The translations under genes were made by a program, and so were the position numbers. From Eledone cirrhosa (Eukaryota): a DNA stretch of 64,000 nucleotides. Under the pieces are notes generated by a model, which saw only the letters and a program-made list of their open reading frames with translations, did no database searches and had not been told where the DNA came from. This document shows positions 26,595-42,594 of the stretch, piece by piece. Position 1 is the first letter of the stretch; every line of letters starts with the position of its first letter. The stretch spans positions 23,250,001 through 23,314,000 of the forward strand of contig OZ024764.1 of assembly GCA_964016885.1 (NCBI GenBank), in the 5' to 3' direction.

Positions 26595-27130
26595 GTAAGT
26601 ATTATGTCTATTAATATTCTAGATTTAAGCTCACTTTTCACATCACAAATATATATTTTCTTGTTTGTTTCATTACTGGAAATATAAAATGTTATCGTAA
26701 TTATCTATATTTTACCTACCTCTAATTAATTAAAGTGAAAACTTTTGTTGTTGCTGAAAAATAAATTAACAAAACTAAATATTTAAATATTCTAAAGGTC
26801 GTTTTTATATTATGTGATGATATAATTAATATATTTTATTACAATTGTATAAATTTACAGTAGAATAACGTTGTAAATATGTTTTAAATATATACATAAA
26901 TAACATAAGTGTGTAAATAACATTATAACTTGCTGGCAATTCCTTGAGAAAGACATTACAAATATATTGTCTAAACTGTGTATAATAATATAATTTATTG
27001 AACGATAATGATAAAGGAAAGAAAAACACAGTGGGAGATGGCAATTCACCACCAAGTGTGATAATAGAACACACCTCACCTTAGGGGTTAACTACACACT
27101 TTGAGGCAAGCCAACACACTGGCAGCATTA

Positions 27131-27285
27131 CTAAGGTGTTGAAATAACCAGGTACCCTCACGAGTATCACCTGACACCTCGGTAAGGTGAGGCTAAGGGG
27201 CTGAAATAACCAGGTACCCTCACGGGTATCACCTGACACCTTGGTAAGGTGAGTCTAAGGGGCTGAAATAACTAGGTACCCTCAC
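27131..27285. repeat. 62-bp tandem repeat (~2.5 copies)
   Basis: Same unit as 10448-10725. Confidence 0.85.
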
Positions 27286-28221
27286 TGAAATGACTAGATT
27301 TGTAGAAAAAGTAGGGTGAAAGTATACGAAGAGATGTAGTTTCACAGATCTACTCACACCTCAAGTTGGGTGGGAAATAATTATTTTTCTTAGATTTTTT
27401 TCTAGACCCCTTTTCAATATTTTCTCTGAACCCCTTAGATACTTGCAATAGACGTTTTATTCCCCAGTATTAGGGTTAGGGTTTCCGTTTTCAGGAAGAA
27501 AAGTCGATTGCAAACATCTAAGCGGTCGAGAAAAATAATAAGGAAAGATAATTATTTCTCAGCCAACTGGAGAAGTGTGTAGCTCTTCTAAACTCTGATA
27601 ATCCTGTTTCCCACTTCTTTATCTACAAATCTAGTCGTTTCCTGCTACTTTGAAGACCCTATTTAATGATAACACCACTAGTAAATCTTTGTCAACTTTT
27701 CATACGTAAATTGTGAATCAGTTATTTTTAAACAAACTATGTGATCTCACAGTAACTGTGTTTGATTTAATCAACTTATTTCCCCCAAACATTGTCGACC
27801 TTGTGTCTCAATCAGAAACTATTATAAGATCTTAAATCAACCTCGTAAAGATGAAGGGCAAAGCTAACCTCGGCGGGATTTCAACCCTTTGTTATGAGTT
27901 CAAATCCCACCAAAGTTAACTTTGTCTTTCATTCTAAAGGAGTGGATAAATTAAAGTTCCAGTAATCTACTGGGGTCTGAGATATTAAGGTTTGAGTAGA
28001 TTCTATCTTTTTGTGTGTTTGTATTTATAATCTTACTAGAAACCCTGTGACCTGTTGGGTCACGTTCCCTTTAAAAATAATATTTAAATAATTAAAATGT
28101 ACACAGACATGTATATAATGTAAAATGAAATTAGTAGGCCGATGTATATATATATATATATATAATAATTTCATTATTATTATTATATATATATATATGC
28201 GTGTGTGTGTATATATATATA

Positions 28222-28255
<34 letters not shown>

Positions 28256-28906
28256 CACACGTCACTTGTTCTAATTTTATAACTTTGTTCAACAGCACCA
28301 CCAGCTATCTCTCTCACACACACCCATTATCTTTCTCTCTCTATTTATAAAGGTGCATTGATTTACGTGAAACTTATTTTAGTCCACCCTGGGGGGTGTA
28401 AGTGTTGGTTCATTCCACCCTGTGGGGTGTTAGTGTTGGTTCAGTCTACCCTGAGGGGTGTCAGTGTTGGTCAATGATAACCTTTATAACTAGAGGCCTG
28501 TTGGTGAGGACAAGCTGGAAGTGATGACATCTTTCTGCTACCTGTGTGACATGTCAGCTGGAAGTGGAGCCAAGTTCACTGCCATCGTGCTGTGCCACTC
28601 CACAGGTAACAAGTTTAGGCAGCTTCTCCTAATCCTCAAGACATGCTGGCTACCATTAGACACCATGGGGCAGGTTTATAACACCTGTGGGAGAAGTGTG
28701 TTGTTACATGCCAGCGAGACCTGGGCCATGTTATCTGACTGTCTGAATTGACTCTGAAGAAATGACAGAGCTATGATCCACTGGATGTGTAGTGTGACCA
28801 TTGAGGATGATGTCAGCTCAACTGAGCTCCTAAAAAAACTGCTGATCGACAACCTCAAGGATGTGTTTCACAGGAGACACATGCACTGGTATGGCCATGT
28901 TGTGCA

Positions 28907-30930
28907 TTCTCTCTCAACTCATCTATGCTTGGTCGTTGAGGCACATTGACATTGCACATCCAACGGAGCATACTTGCTTCATTTTTCTCCAGCCGTTGCA
29001 TATCCTCTGCAGTTGCTGTCCGTGTCTCACTACCGTGCAGCATCACACATCTCATGCAGGCATCACCAGCCATTCGTTCTTAGAGAGAAACCCTTCTTTG
29101 TCAACAGAGGAAGCAGCTCCCTAAACTTCTTCCAACCCGTCCTTATTCTAGATACTATGGCCTCTGGGCACCCTCCTCCCATGCTAATTTGATCACCTAG
29201 ATACCGGAAGCTATCAACCACTTCTATAGAACCTACCTGCATTTGAAAAATGTGTCTATCACTGCGACTTCTACCGTCAAATTTCCCTGTACATCTACTG
29301 CATATGTAGTTTTCCATACCTGTTAGTTTGCCTGCTATCCCACTACATTTCTTGTGTACCCAAAATCTGCATTGTGTACATTATAGAATTTATGCCAGTT
29401 CCTTTTCTACATATTGAACAAGGCCATTTCCCTGATGGAATGACAGTTTTGTCCTCACTAAACTCCAGTTTTGTTCCTCTCTAAACTCCATGCCTACCCT
29501 CACTTTACTGACAGCCTCTCTATACATAGCTTGCACTGTCCTCACAAACTATTCCTCTACACCTAGTTTCCTTAGGGACCACCAGATGACAGATTGGGGT
29601 ACTCTATCAAAGGCCTTCTCTAGGTCAACAAAAACTAAGTATAGTGGTTTTCTTCTTTAAGAACCTCTCTTGTAGTTGTCTCACTGAGAAGAGGGCATCT
29701 GATTGACTCTTTCTCTAAGTTGCGCTAGTATTCTTTCTGTCACTTTCATAACCTGATCCATCAGTTTTATACCCCTATAATTACTCCCCTCCAGAACATC
29801 CCCTTTACCTTTACCTCAATTTATGAGAATACTGCTGCACCAGTCTTTGGGTATGACACCACCATATATAGCTTGATTAATGATGCATTCAACCAGTTTA
29901 ATTCCTACTTCTCTTGATGCCTTCAGCATCTCAGCAACTATCCCCAACAGTCCAGCGGACTTACCATTTTTCATTTCCTTAATTGGACCCTATAGTCATC
30001 AATCTCAATAGCTGGTCCTTCTGTTGGGTCTACTGAAGGTAGCTCCCCTCCTATTCATTCTCCACATTCATCAGTCTCTCATAATGACATTTCCAGGCCT
30101 TCTTTTTTTTGAGAATCAGTGACACTAAGTGCACCAACATCCTGATTTACACTGACACACTGCCTTGCAATGTGGATCACCGCACATCTCTGATCTCCCC
30201 ATCGCAGGACATTGGCAAACCTTCTACTCTCAGCTTCCCTGCATGTTAAGTAGGCCTGACATCTAGCTTCTCTCTTCGCGGCTGTGAATCGGTTTCTACC
30301 CCTACCATTTTTCCAAGCCTTTTGTCTCTAATGGCTCTATCTACCGTGCTGTTCCACCACCAGGCCACCCTCTGTCTGGTTGGAGCTCTGCTCCAGCCAC
30401 AAGTTTCTTCAGTAACCTGCAGTAAGTTGTCACGTAAGAAATTCCAGTTATCATCTATGGCATATGACTCTAAATCGTCTTCTTTTTCGTCATACACATC
30501 TTGAAGGGCTTTCCTAAATTTATATTTTAGTGAAAGGTCTTTTAGTTTCCAGTCCTTCCTTTTTCAAACCTTCTTGTATGTCTCTCTTTGTCTCTTGCTT
30601 ACTGAGATGTCACTAACGACTAACCTATGTTGGGGGGTTACATTGTTCCCTGGGGTATGCCTTAGTATTTGACACCATCTGTCTCTCTTGCTACTTAACT
30701 AGCAAGAAGTCAATCTGTCTCATGTGCTCACCTGATTGGTAGGTTATTAGGTGGTTGGTAGGTTTCTTGAAGTGTTGCAAATGGTTAGTTCACTTGCATC
30801 ACAAAATACAAGAAGCCTCACTCTTTCTTCGTTTCTTGAGCCATAACCATGACCACCATGTACCCCAGTATATCCATCCTGGAACTGTCCAACATGACCA
30901 TTGAAGTCCCCTGCTATTATAACTAGGTCT
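28907..30930 (-). mobile_element. Decayed antisense RTE LINE in intron 1
   Basis: Minus ORFs 28855..29073, 29063..29317, 30246..30497. Confidence 0.85.
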
Positions 30931-31497
30931 CAAAATCTCATAGATTTGATATTATGAGAGATAAAGCATTTACTGTGAAAATATAATAGTATATATACAG
31001 TAATGTGAATACTAAAGGGTTAATCTGATGTCACTAATAACTACTTTTATCTGTCAGTTTATTCTAATGTCACTAATAACTACTTTTATCAGTCAGTTTA
31101 ATCTAATGTCACTAATAACTACTTTTATCAGTCAGTATAATCTACTACCACTAATAACTAACCTATGTTAGTCAGCACATTCTTCACCAAAGAAGGCCTT
31201 AGTATTTATTACAGTCCATTTATCAATATAGAAATATTATAGGAAATTTGTACTGCTGTATTACAAGTTTCTGAGTATCTTATAATGTTCTTTTATTATT
31301 TCAGAATACCAGAGGACATTGACATTAAAGAGCACGTTACATCAGACATATCCTCAACATTAACCATTTCTAATGAAAGACACTAACCATCATTTTCAAA
31401 TAATTTTGAAAACACTCAACACTTTGAAGTGATTTAGTAATATAACTAAATTTCTCAGTATTAAGCTGTGAATTATGTGAGAAACTGAGGTGATTGA

Positions 31498-32544
<1,047 letters not shown>

Positions 32545-34979
32545 TAGCTGTGTCAATATCAAACTCATTACATCATACTACAACAACAATTGTGTAGATC
32601 CATCATTCTTGCTAAAACTGGGGTCAACCTTGTAGGTTTTACCTAGGACAGGGATCATAAAACCAGTTTTCCATTTTTGAAGCAGTGTTTGAAGATTTTG
32701 TGTAAATTAAAGTTTTTCTCTTTAAACTTTCATTTATTATACTTTAACAGGTAAGATATATATTTGTATTTTTAGTAAAGGTTGGGAACTTCTGTAATTT
32801 AAACCTGCCAATAAAATGAAAACTTTTGTTGTTAGTCAGACATTGATATTAATTCTATTGTCCTGTACATTGTCTCAAATATCACAGATTAAACAGATTT
32901 TAACAATAACAACAGAAATCAATAACTTGTAAGCCTAATATCTAGCTTCCATTTTAACTATTTGATATTGTTGTTCCTCTCCTGCCTCTTCAGGTCTTTT
33001 AGATTTCAACTTCTATCTACTGTACTATTCCATCACCAAGGCAACATTCATCTGGCTGGCAGCTTACATCAACTACAGATCTCCAACCCTTCTTTCTCCA
33101 GATAGTCTTGTATCTGTCAGTGCCTCTATATCTTATATTTAACAGGGAGATCTTTTACTCTCCAACCCTTCTTTCTCCAGATAGTCTTGTATCTGTCAGT
33201 CCCTCTAGATATTACACCTAGTATCTAGTCTATGTTGAGTGGTACGTCCTCCTCCAGTAAAGGAGTTAATATTCCCAACCATCTGTCTATTCTGTTTTCT
33301 GATGAGAATGAAGTCAATCTAGTTTATCTCTTCACCTGATTGAAGTAACTAGATCAATTAACTAGATGCTTTCCTGTAAGTTAGTGTTGCAGTGTAAGGT
33401 TTATATCTATTAATATAGAGATGTAGTAAAGTTTTCACTGTTGTATCTCTACTTTCTAAATATCTTAATAATGTTTCTCTACTATTTCAGAATATCACAT
33501 GACCTTGACAGAAAAGAGTCTTTTAAAGACAACAGAAAGATGTTACATACAAGTGATATAAACTTGTTTAGTCTGTGGTGAATTATGGTGAAATATTTCT
33601 TCTGAATTGAGATAAATAACAACATTTTCCTTTTTCACTGTCTGGAATATTTACAAGATGATTTTACATTCTGATTAAACTTTGGATATTTGCAAAGGAG
33701 TTTTAAAAATATTTGGATATTGACAAAGATCACATTTGGTAAAATTATGAACAATAGAAATATTTACATCAACATAGGAATATTTTCCAGAAGAGATGGG
33801 AAAATCATTATACCACTGTAATATTTGTGGTAAAGTATTCTCTCTTCTTTATATGTAGAACTTCTAACTAAACACTTTAACTAACAAACTATTGTGCTAT
33901 AGAATTGACAAACTTGAGGAATCTTTAATAAATGTTACAAATTTTTCCAAACTGTCATTTACTAACTTTAATTTGAAGCTATATTATCTATATACTACTA
34001 AAACTCTGTGATTGTGTCTTGTCCGTAATTTAATACAGCTAAAACAGTGCATAATGGGGAAATACTTTGAAAAGAATAAAACAAGTTTTGTATAAATTGG
34101 AGCACAGGTTCCCAAGATACGGGGTTTTCTGGGTACCTTCATATATATAGGGAGAGAAAGAGATAGTGGTTGTGAGAGTGAGGAGACAGATGGAAGAGGG
34201 AGGGAGAGAGAGAGCTGCTGGTGTTGTTTAATAAAATGTGTGCATATATATATATATACATATGTGTCTATATATATATATATGTCTGTATATTTTAACT
34301 ACTTGAAAATTATTTTTAAGTGAACATGATTTTAAAATAATAGTTTTAAGGGAACGTGACCCAACAGATCGCGGGTGGTCTAGTTTGTTACTAAATACTA
34401 GATATTAGAGGGTCATGTTGTTCTAGATGTGCTGGAAGAGCCATTCCATCTCGTGAGGCTCACACCAGCAGCTAGCCACCTCAGCACCTATGGTGGTATA
34501 TTTATTATATTATTTATTCTTTATCATTAACATTAATATAAAAGATAATTATATATTTTTAGAGAAGAACCTCTAATTTTATATAGCTTAGGGCTTCAGT
34601 AGGTAAAAGTCTGCCCCTGCTTGTCTTGTATTTTTTAGGGGAGAAGTTAGGGAATACTGTTATTGTGTGAAAGTTTTCTAAATCTTCTTCAGCCACTAAC
34701 ATGGAGAAGATATTTCAGTAAGAAGGTTCACGTCCTGACATCTATAGCTGTTAACAATGAGATTGGAATTCATTATTAAACAAATGTTATATCATCATCA
34801 CTGTTTAACATCAGTTTTTCCACACTGGCATGGGTTAAACGAGTTATCCTGTTGTAAGCAATGCCAGGTCAGGTGACCACGTGTTGCTCCTACAGAACAA
34901 ATTTTGGATTGGTTTCTACAGCTGGATGCCCTTCCTAGCACCAACCTTATTTACATTGAGTACTGGGTGCATTTTACCA

Positions 34980-35560
34980 TCTTACCATCATGACCACTTT
35001 ACAGTGTGCGCTGGGTGCTTTTTGTTGTGACACCTACATGACCAATTTACAGTGTGGGCTGGGTGCTTTTTGTTGTGACACCTACATGACAACTTTACAG
35101 TTTGGACTGGGTGCTTTTTGTCGTGAAACCTACATGACCACTTTATAGTGTGGACTGGGTACTTTTTGTTTTGACACCAACATGACCATTTTAAAGTTTT
35201 GGCTGGGTACTTTTTGTTGTCACCTACATGACCACTTTACAGTGTGGGCTGGGAGCTTTTTGCTGTGACACCTACGCAACCGCTTTATAGTGTGGGCTGG
35301 TTTCTTTTTGTCATATCACCTACATGACCAGTTTATAGTATTGGCTGTGTGTTCTTTACAGTGTGTGCTGGTTTCTTTTTGTCATATCACCTACATGACC
35401 ACCTTATAATGTTTACTGTGTGTTCTTTGCAGTGTGGGTTGGGTGCTTTTTGTCATATCACCTACATGACCAGTTTATAGTATTGGCTGTGTGTTCTCTA
35501 CAGTGTGGGTTGGGTGCTTTTTGTCATATCACCTACCCAACCACTTTGCAGTGTGGGCAG
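34980..35560. repeat. 48-bp / ~79-bp minisatellite
   Basis: Units start at 35031, 35079, 35127. Confidence 0.88.
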
Positions 35561-36378
35561 TGAAATATCAGTAATGCACCAGCTCCAATATTCAGTAATC
35601 AGAAGAAGGGAGGTAGGCATAAAAGCCAAACTTGCTGTCTTCAATTAGGTTTTTGTGCCAACCCTTACCTATGGTCACATATCTTGGGTAATGACCAAAA
35701 GAATATGATTGGGAATACAAATGGCAGATATGGGATTCCTCTGAAGGGTCTTTGAAGGAACTTTTCTCAATAAAGTGCATAGCTCTGAGATCAGAGAGTC
35801 ACTCCAGGTGGAGCTGTTACTTCTCCGAATTGAGAGATCACAGCTGCAATACTATGGCCATGTGGTTAGAATGTCTGAGGAAAAATCACTGGATAGATTT
35901 TACAGGCAAAACTAACCGGCAGGAGACCCAGGGGTAGACCTGAGCAAGATAGTCACATAACATCCATGAGCTTGGCTGGTCTCTCTGGGAGATCCAGCCA
36001 GACCAGTTGGAGTGGGTTGCTTCTGACAGGACCTGTTGGAGGGAGTGTTTGAGGACTGCCCCCAAGACCCTCTCTGGAATAAGAAGAGCTTGAGGTTGCA
36101 AAATCAACATCAGATTTCCCTGCTAGCAAGGGTTTAATGAGTCTACTTCAACCAAGTAAGTACTAAAGTGAGGCTACTGATCTCCCAGACAGACCAAGGA
36201 TCTGAGATTTATTTACATAAGGTCTCATTTGCTACTGAGTGCACAGAAAAGGTTGTCATGTCTTTGTCATGATTGAAGGGTTCTCCGACACTATTGTCGG
36301 GCAAGCTTTCTATGGCTAGATGTCCTTCACATGACCAACCACATTACAGCCTGTGTTGGGTGTGTTTATCATGTAGGT

Positions 36379-38189
36379 GAGGCATAACAAACTGAGGGTT
36401 CCCCAAGGGCCACATAGGTCACATGTGTTGTCTGAGGGTTGCACAGTGCAACTAATTATGTACACGACAACTAATTAAAGTCATTTAATAAAATATATTG
36501 CAGAAAGATTTGTTACTTAAATTTAGAAACATACAATGTCCATACAAATGTTTTAGCAGCATTCATGAATACAAAGTAATGAAGTAGTTTGACAAAAAAC
36601 TAAAATTTAACATGTCAACATATACTTGCAGATTGTAACAGCAACAAATACATTGTTGTCCTGAGGCTTGACACTTCTTTCTGTTGACAATTTTTGGTAT
36701 ATCTGGCTGAAATGTCTGTACAGTTCCAACTTTGATCAGATGACAAGTGTTGATCTGTCAGCCTTGTTCTCTGAAGTTTTTGTTAAGCAAAGTACAGACT
36801 CAGTATGGGCAGTGATTTTCAGCTCTTTGCACATAAGAAAATGAATTACATTTTCATCTGACAACGGAGACTTCCATAAGCTAAGTTTTCTAATGAAGAA
36901 CTTGATGTCATCATACAACTGAGTGATGGGTTTGTTTTTACCTTGCAATTTCAAATTAAGATCAGTTAATTGTGCATTAATATCCACAACAAAAGCCAGA
37001 TGTTGGAGCCAACTTTCATCTGTGTTTTGACCTTTCATCTCCAAAAACATAATTATTTCAACAAATAGAATCTTTTCAGCACTTTGTGACATGTCAACCA
37101 GCAGACTTCTGTGTAGAATGGAACATCGGTGAACTGATTATCCATATCTTCCAACAACTGGCTGAACTGACGGTGGTTGCGAGCATGGCCTCTGATTTAC
37201 TTCACTGTCTTTGTGACCAAGCTAAGTACATGATGCAATTTTAAAATCTTTGAACATAAATTTTGCTGATGAATAATAGTGAAAATGTGCAAATGATGAA
37301 TCTAGATATGAGTTTTCTATTTTTGTTTGTAACTTGGCAGCAACACCATTATGTCTACCAACCATATTTGCAGCACTGTCAGTAGATAAACATGCAAGTT
37401 TACTCAGATCAAAACCATGCAGACCCTGCTTGACCTTCTCAAAGATGTTCTGGCTTGTTATAGTGTCATGCTTGGGGACCAGTTCAATCAGTTCTTCATA
37501 AATATTAAATTCACAGTCACAGGCCCTGATGAAGAATGCAAGCTGTACTATTCCAGTGATGTCAACAGTCTCTTCAATAGCAATAGAAACATGTTCAAAC
37601 CTTGATGATACAGCCTTTAACTGTTGTTTCAGATCACCTGACATTTCATTAATCTGTTCAGCAACAATGTTCCTGGTTAATGAAATGTCTTTGATTAACT
37701 CTGCTTTCTCCGGACAATTTCAGCTGTTTTTACAAGACATTGCTTTACAAAATCTCCTTTACTGTAAGATTTCCCACTCATGGGTTTGTTTCATAATGTC
37801 TTTTTAAATTGTACTCTTTTGGCGTGGCGATGTAGTTGTTGCAAATTAAACAGTGTATCTTTCTGTTCACCATTGGGCAAAAATACTGTAATTCCCACTT
37901 TTCTTGAAACACTTGCCCTTCTTCGTTCAATTTCCTTTTTCTCTTAGCTGCAGGAGCACTAACCATTTCAAAAACAAAATCTTTTGAAATTTTGAAAGAA
38001 AGTTTTCTGTTAATGAGCTGCACATGATTAATGGAAGTTAAAAGTCGTTGACAAAAATTGCAAAAAAAAAATAATTGTATCGAAAATGTTTTAAATTTTA
38101 TATTACGAAAATGAAACATGCTCGCACTGTAAAAACCTTTGTGTGGGCCGCAGGTTTGCTTGCAAAGGGCCGCATGTTTGACATGTCTG
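36379..38189 (-). mobile_element. hAT (Buster/Charlie-type) transposon with both ends, internally deleted
   Basis: 8-bp TSD ATGTAGGT at 36371-36378 and 38190-38197 (nnnTAnnn); imperfect TIR GAGGCATAACAAAC / CAGACATGTCAAAC; transposase fragments 36736..37092, 37222..37644, 37778..38227. Confidence 0.9.
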
Positions 38190-40183
38190 ATGTAGGTTAC
38201 CAAGACTAGGGAGGGCAGCATGTCCATCAGTGTGTTCTGCTACATTAACTACCAGGTCACCACATGAGACAAAGACTACATTTCAAAGAAGGGTCATGAA
38301 AGAACTAAATACGAAAGTCCTCACAGCAACAAGTAAATAATTGAGCTTTGGGTCTAGGTTAAGGGGCAGAAGTGCTGCGCCCTGTGGATAAGACTGCAAA
38401 AGTATTTGCCCCGGACGATGGACAGTGAAACCCACTGCAAAAGCCACCCCAACCTCATGGGGCTCCCTCTTCAGAAGAGCCACCAACGTTCTGATCTTAC
38501 AGAGGAGCTTGGCAGTATGGGGTCCAAGTACTTCTGAGGTCTCGATGGTGACCGGTGTGAAGAGACCTACCTACAATTGATGTCATCCCAGTTATGTTGG
38601 ACTGTAATATACTGGGGTATAGAGAGGCCTTAACCTGTCTCAGCCGGGCCACTCAGGGTTGTGTCATCTAGGTACCAGACAGGGGTGACTAGACCATGTT
38701 GTCAACTGTCAGCACCAATAGGAGTGAGGCGAGTGGGTCCCCTTGCTAGACACCATATATAAAACGTATTTGCTAATTACTTTAATGAATAATTTGTTTC
38801 ATACGTGATTATTACTTTTAACACAATAGGATTTTGTACACGTGTTTGTTTGAAAACATCTTTCAAAGAAGTATGAGACAGTCTTTTGTAGTGTTTATTA
38901 TAATAAATTACTGTATGTTGAGCTGTTTTAACTTCTCCACCTTCCATTATTTTATATTGTTTTTGTAAAAAATCAGATCTATTTCATATATATATATGAA
39001 GGCGTGTGGCTGAGTGGTTAGAGAATTGGATTCGGAATTGTGAGGTTGTGAGTTCGATTCTCAGACTGGGCGATGCGTTATGTCCTTGAGCAAGACACTT
39101 TATTTCACATTGCTCCTTCTACCTGGAGTTGCGACCGATAGATAGTATTAGCAATTGGAAAGAAAAATGGAAATATTGTTTCCTCGGTCCGATTTGACGA
39201 AAAGTCGATCATAAAAAATATATATAGAGAGAGAGAGAAACACAAACATACACTACTGTATTACATATGTAAGGGGAGATAACTCTCGTTACATCCACCC
39301 TACTTTTTGATATACGCACTTTAAATACTTTGTTCAGTGGAACCTGCTTTATTTTGTGTCCTAAGTAGATTTCTGTTTAAGTATTTACGAGATTCACAAT
39401 GATTCACGTAACCAAGTTACTTACATAGAGATATATTTCACATAGAATCACAACAAATGAAAATATTAAGTCAACACTCTGTCAATCAGTCTCACATCAC
39501 ATGGGGTGCCGGAGTCTCCCTCTAATACTTTCTGAGACAGTCTTACCTCGAGTGATAGCAAGGCTAAGATGTTGGAACTACCAAACACCCTCATATGTAT
39601 CATCTGACACCTCGGTAAGGAGAGCTGCCAACGATAACAAGAACCTCGTTGTCAGGGACCTATCTCCTCCAAACTTCTCCAACACCACAGACTAGAATAT
39701 TCTACTCTTTATTCCCTATCAAATATATTTCAGTCTAGTCATTTATCTTGTATCTTGTATATGTATTTTCAAAACTAACTGTCACATTTGTGAGACCCCA
39801 GTTAGTGATGTTTTCATCTCCCCCCCACATCCTACATGCTGTAGTAAAAGTGAGGGTCACTGCTTCTGTAGAAGAACGAAATAAAAGTTAAACTACCAGT
39901 AATTATCGGCAAAGTATTTATTCCAGTCTGTGATGTTTGAGAAGCTGGGCTGCTGACAACGAAGTTGTTGTCACTGTTGGCAGCTGGCTTTACCGAAGTA
40001 CCCGATGACTCTTGTGAGGGTACTTAGCTGTTCTGGTGGTTTAGCCTCCACGTGACCCAATCTTACCGAGATACCCGGTGATCTCTGTCAGAGTACTTAG
40101 CTGTTTTATTTTAATTTCATTTACTGAATTCAACTTCATTTTTTTATTACAAACTTTACATAATTTAATTCGGTAAAAATATT

Positions 40184-40322
40184 TTACGTCACAAAAAAAC
40201 TTGACCTTTGACATTGAAGCATGCGCAGTGGTGCAGTTTTCGACTTCCTGTCCACGTGTTAGTCTTCCTACAACAACATTTAGACAACATTTCTGTAAAT
40301 CCTAAACACCTGAGACTATAAT
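40184..40322 (+). promoter_or_regulatory. Predicted promoter and exon 1 of ZNF copy 4
   Basis: Same motif cluster, GCATGCGCA 40219, donor at 40323. Confidence 0.65.
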
Positions 40323-40856
40323 GTAAGTATTATGTCTATTAATATTGTAGATTTAAGCTCACTTTTCACATCACAAATATATATTTTCTTGTTTGTTTCA
40401 TTACTGGAAATATAAAATGTTATCGTAATTATCTATATTTTACCTACCTCTAATTAATTAAAGTGAAAACTTTTGTTGTTGCTGAAAAATAAATTAACAA
40501 AACTAAATATTTAAATATTCTAAAGGTCGTTTTTATATTATGTGATGATATAATTAATATATTTTATTACAATTGTATAAATTTACAGTAGAATAACATT
40601 GTAAATATGTTTTAAATATATACATAAATAACGTGTGTAAATAACATTATAAATTGCTGGCAATTCCTTGAGAAAGACATTACAAATATATTGTCTAAAC
40701 TGTGTATAATAATATAATTTATTGAATGATAATGATAAAGGTAAGAAAAACACAGTGGGAGATGGCAATTCACCACCAGGTGTAATAATAGGCCACACCT
40801 CACACCTTAGGGGTTAACTACACACTTTGAGGAAAGCCAACACACTGGCAGCATTA

Positions 40857-41073
40857 CTAAGCTGTTGAAATAACCAGGTACCCTCACGGGTATCACCTGG
40901 TACCTCAGTAAGGTGAGGCTAAGGTGCTGAAATAACCAGGTACCCTCACGGGTATCACCTAACACCTCGGTAAGGTGAGGCTAAGGGGCTGAAATAACCA
41001 GGTACCCTCACGGGTATCACCTGACACCTTGGTAAGGTGAGTCTAAGGGGCTGAAATAACCAGGTACCCTCAC
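40857..41073. repeat. 62-bp tandem repeat (~3.5 copies)
   Basis: Same unit as 10448-10725. Confidence 0.85.
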
Positions 41074-41968
41074 GGAAACGACTAGATTTGTAGAAAAAGT
41101 AGGGTGAAAGTATACAAAGAGATGTAGTTTCACAGATCTACTCACACCTCACGTTGGGTGGGAAATAATTATTTTTCTTAGATTTTTTTCTAGACCCCTT
41201 TTCAATATTTTCTCTGAACCCCTTAGATACTTGCAATAGACGTTTTATTCCCCAGTATTAGGGTTAGGGTTTCCGTTTTCAGGAAGAAAAGTCGAGAAAT
41301 AAAATTAAGGAAAGATAATTATTTCCCAGCCAACTGGAGAAGTGTGTAGCTCTTCTAAACTCTGATAATCCTGTCTCCCACTTCTTTATCTACAAATCTA
41401 GTCGTTTCCTGCTACTTTGAAGGCCCTATTTATTGATAACACCACTTGTAAATCTTTGTCAACTTTTCACACGTAAATTGTGAATCAGTTATTTTTAAAC
41501 AAACTATCAAAGAAGTGATCTCACAGTAACTGTGTTTGATTTAATCAACTTATTCCCCCCAAACATTGTCGACCTTGTGTCTAAATCAGAAACTATTATA
41601 AGATCTTAAATCAACCCCGTAAAGATGAAGGGCAAAGCTAACCTCGGCGGGATTTCAACCCTTTATGTTATGAGTTCAAATCCCACCAAAGTTAACTTTG
41701 TCTTTCATTCTAAAGGAGTGGATAAATTAAAGTTCCAGTAATCTACTGGGGTCTGAGATATTAAGGTTTGAGTAGATTCTATCTTTTTGTGTGTTTGTAT
41801 TTATAATCTTACTAGAACACCTGTGACCTGTTGGGTCACGTTCCCTTTAAAAATAATATTTAAATAATTAAAATGTACACAGACATGTATATAATGTAAA
41901 ATGAAATTAGTAGGCCCATGTATATGTATATATATATATATATGCGTGTGTGTGTGTATATATATATA

Positions 41969-42029
<61 letters not shown>

Positions 42030-42594
42030 GTCACTTGTTCTAATTTTATAACTTTGTTCAACAGCACCACCAGCTATCTCTCTCACACACACCCATTATC
42101 TTTCTCTCTCTATTTATAAAGGTACCAGAAAAACCCCATATCTCAGGAACCTGTGCATTGATTTACGTGAAACTTATTTTAGTCCACCCTGGGGGGGTGT
42201 TAGTGTTGGTTCAGTCTACCCTGAGGGGTGTCAGTGTTGGTCAATGATAACCTTTATAACTAGAGGCCTGTTGGTGAGGACAAGCTGGAAGTGGTGACAT
42301 CTTTCTGCTACCTGTGTGACATGTCAGCTGGAAGTGGTGCCAAGTTCACTGCCATCGTGCTGTGCCACTCCACAGGTAACAAGTTTAGGCAGCTTCTCCT
42401 AATCCTCAAGACATGCTGGCTACCATTAGACACCATGGGGCAGGTTTATAACACCTGTGGGAGAAGTGTGTTGTTTCATGCCAGCGAGACCTGGGCCATG
42501 TTATCTGCCTGTCTGAATTGACTCTGAAGAAATGACAGAGCTATGATCCACTGGATGTGTAGTGTGACCATTGAGGATGATGTCAGCTCAACTT

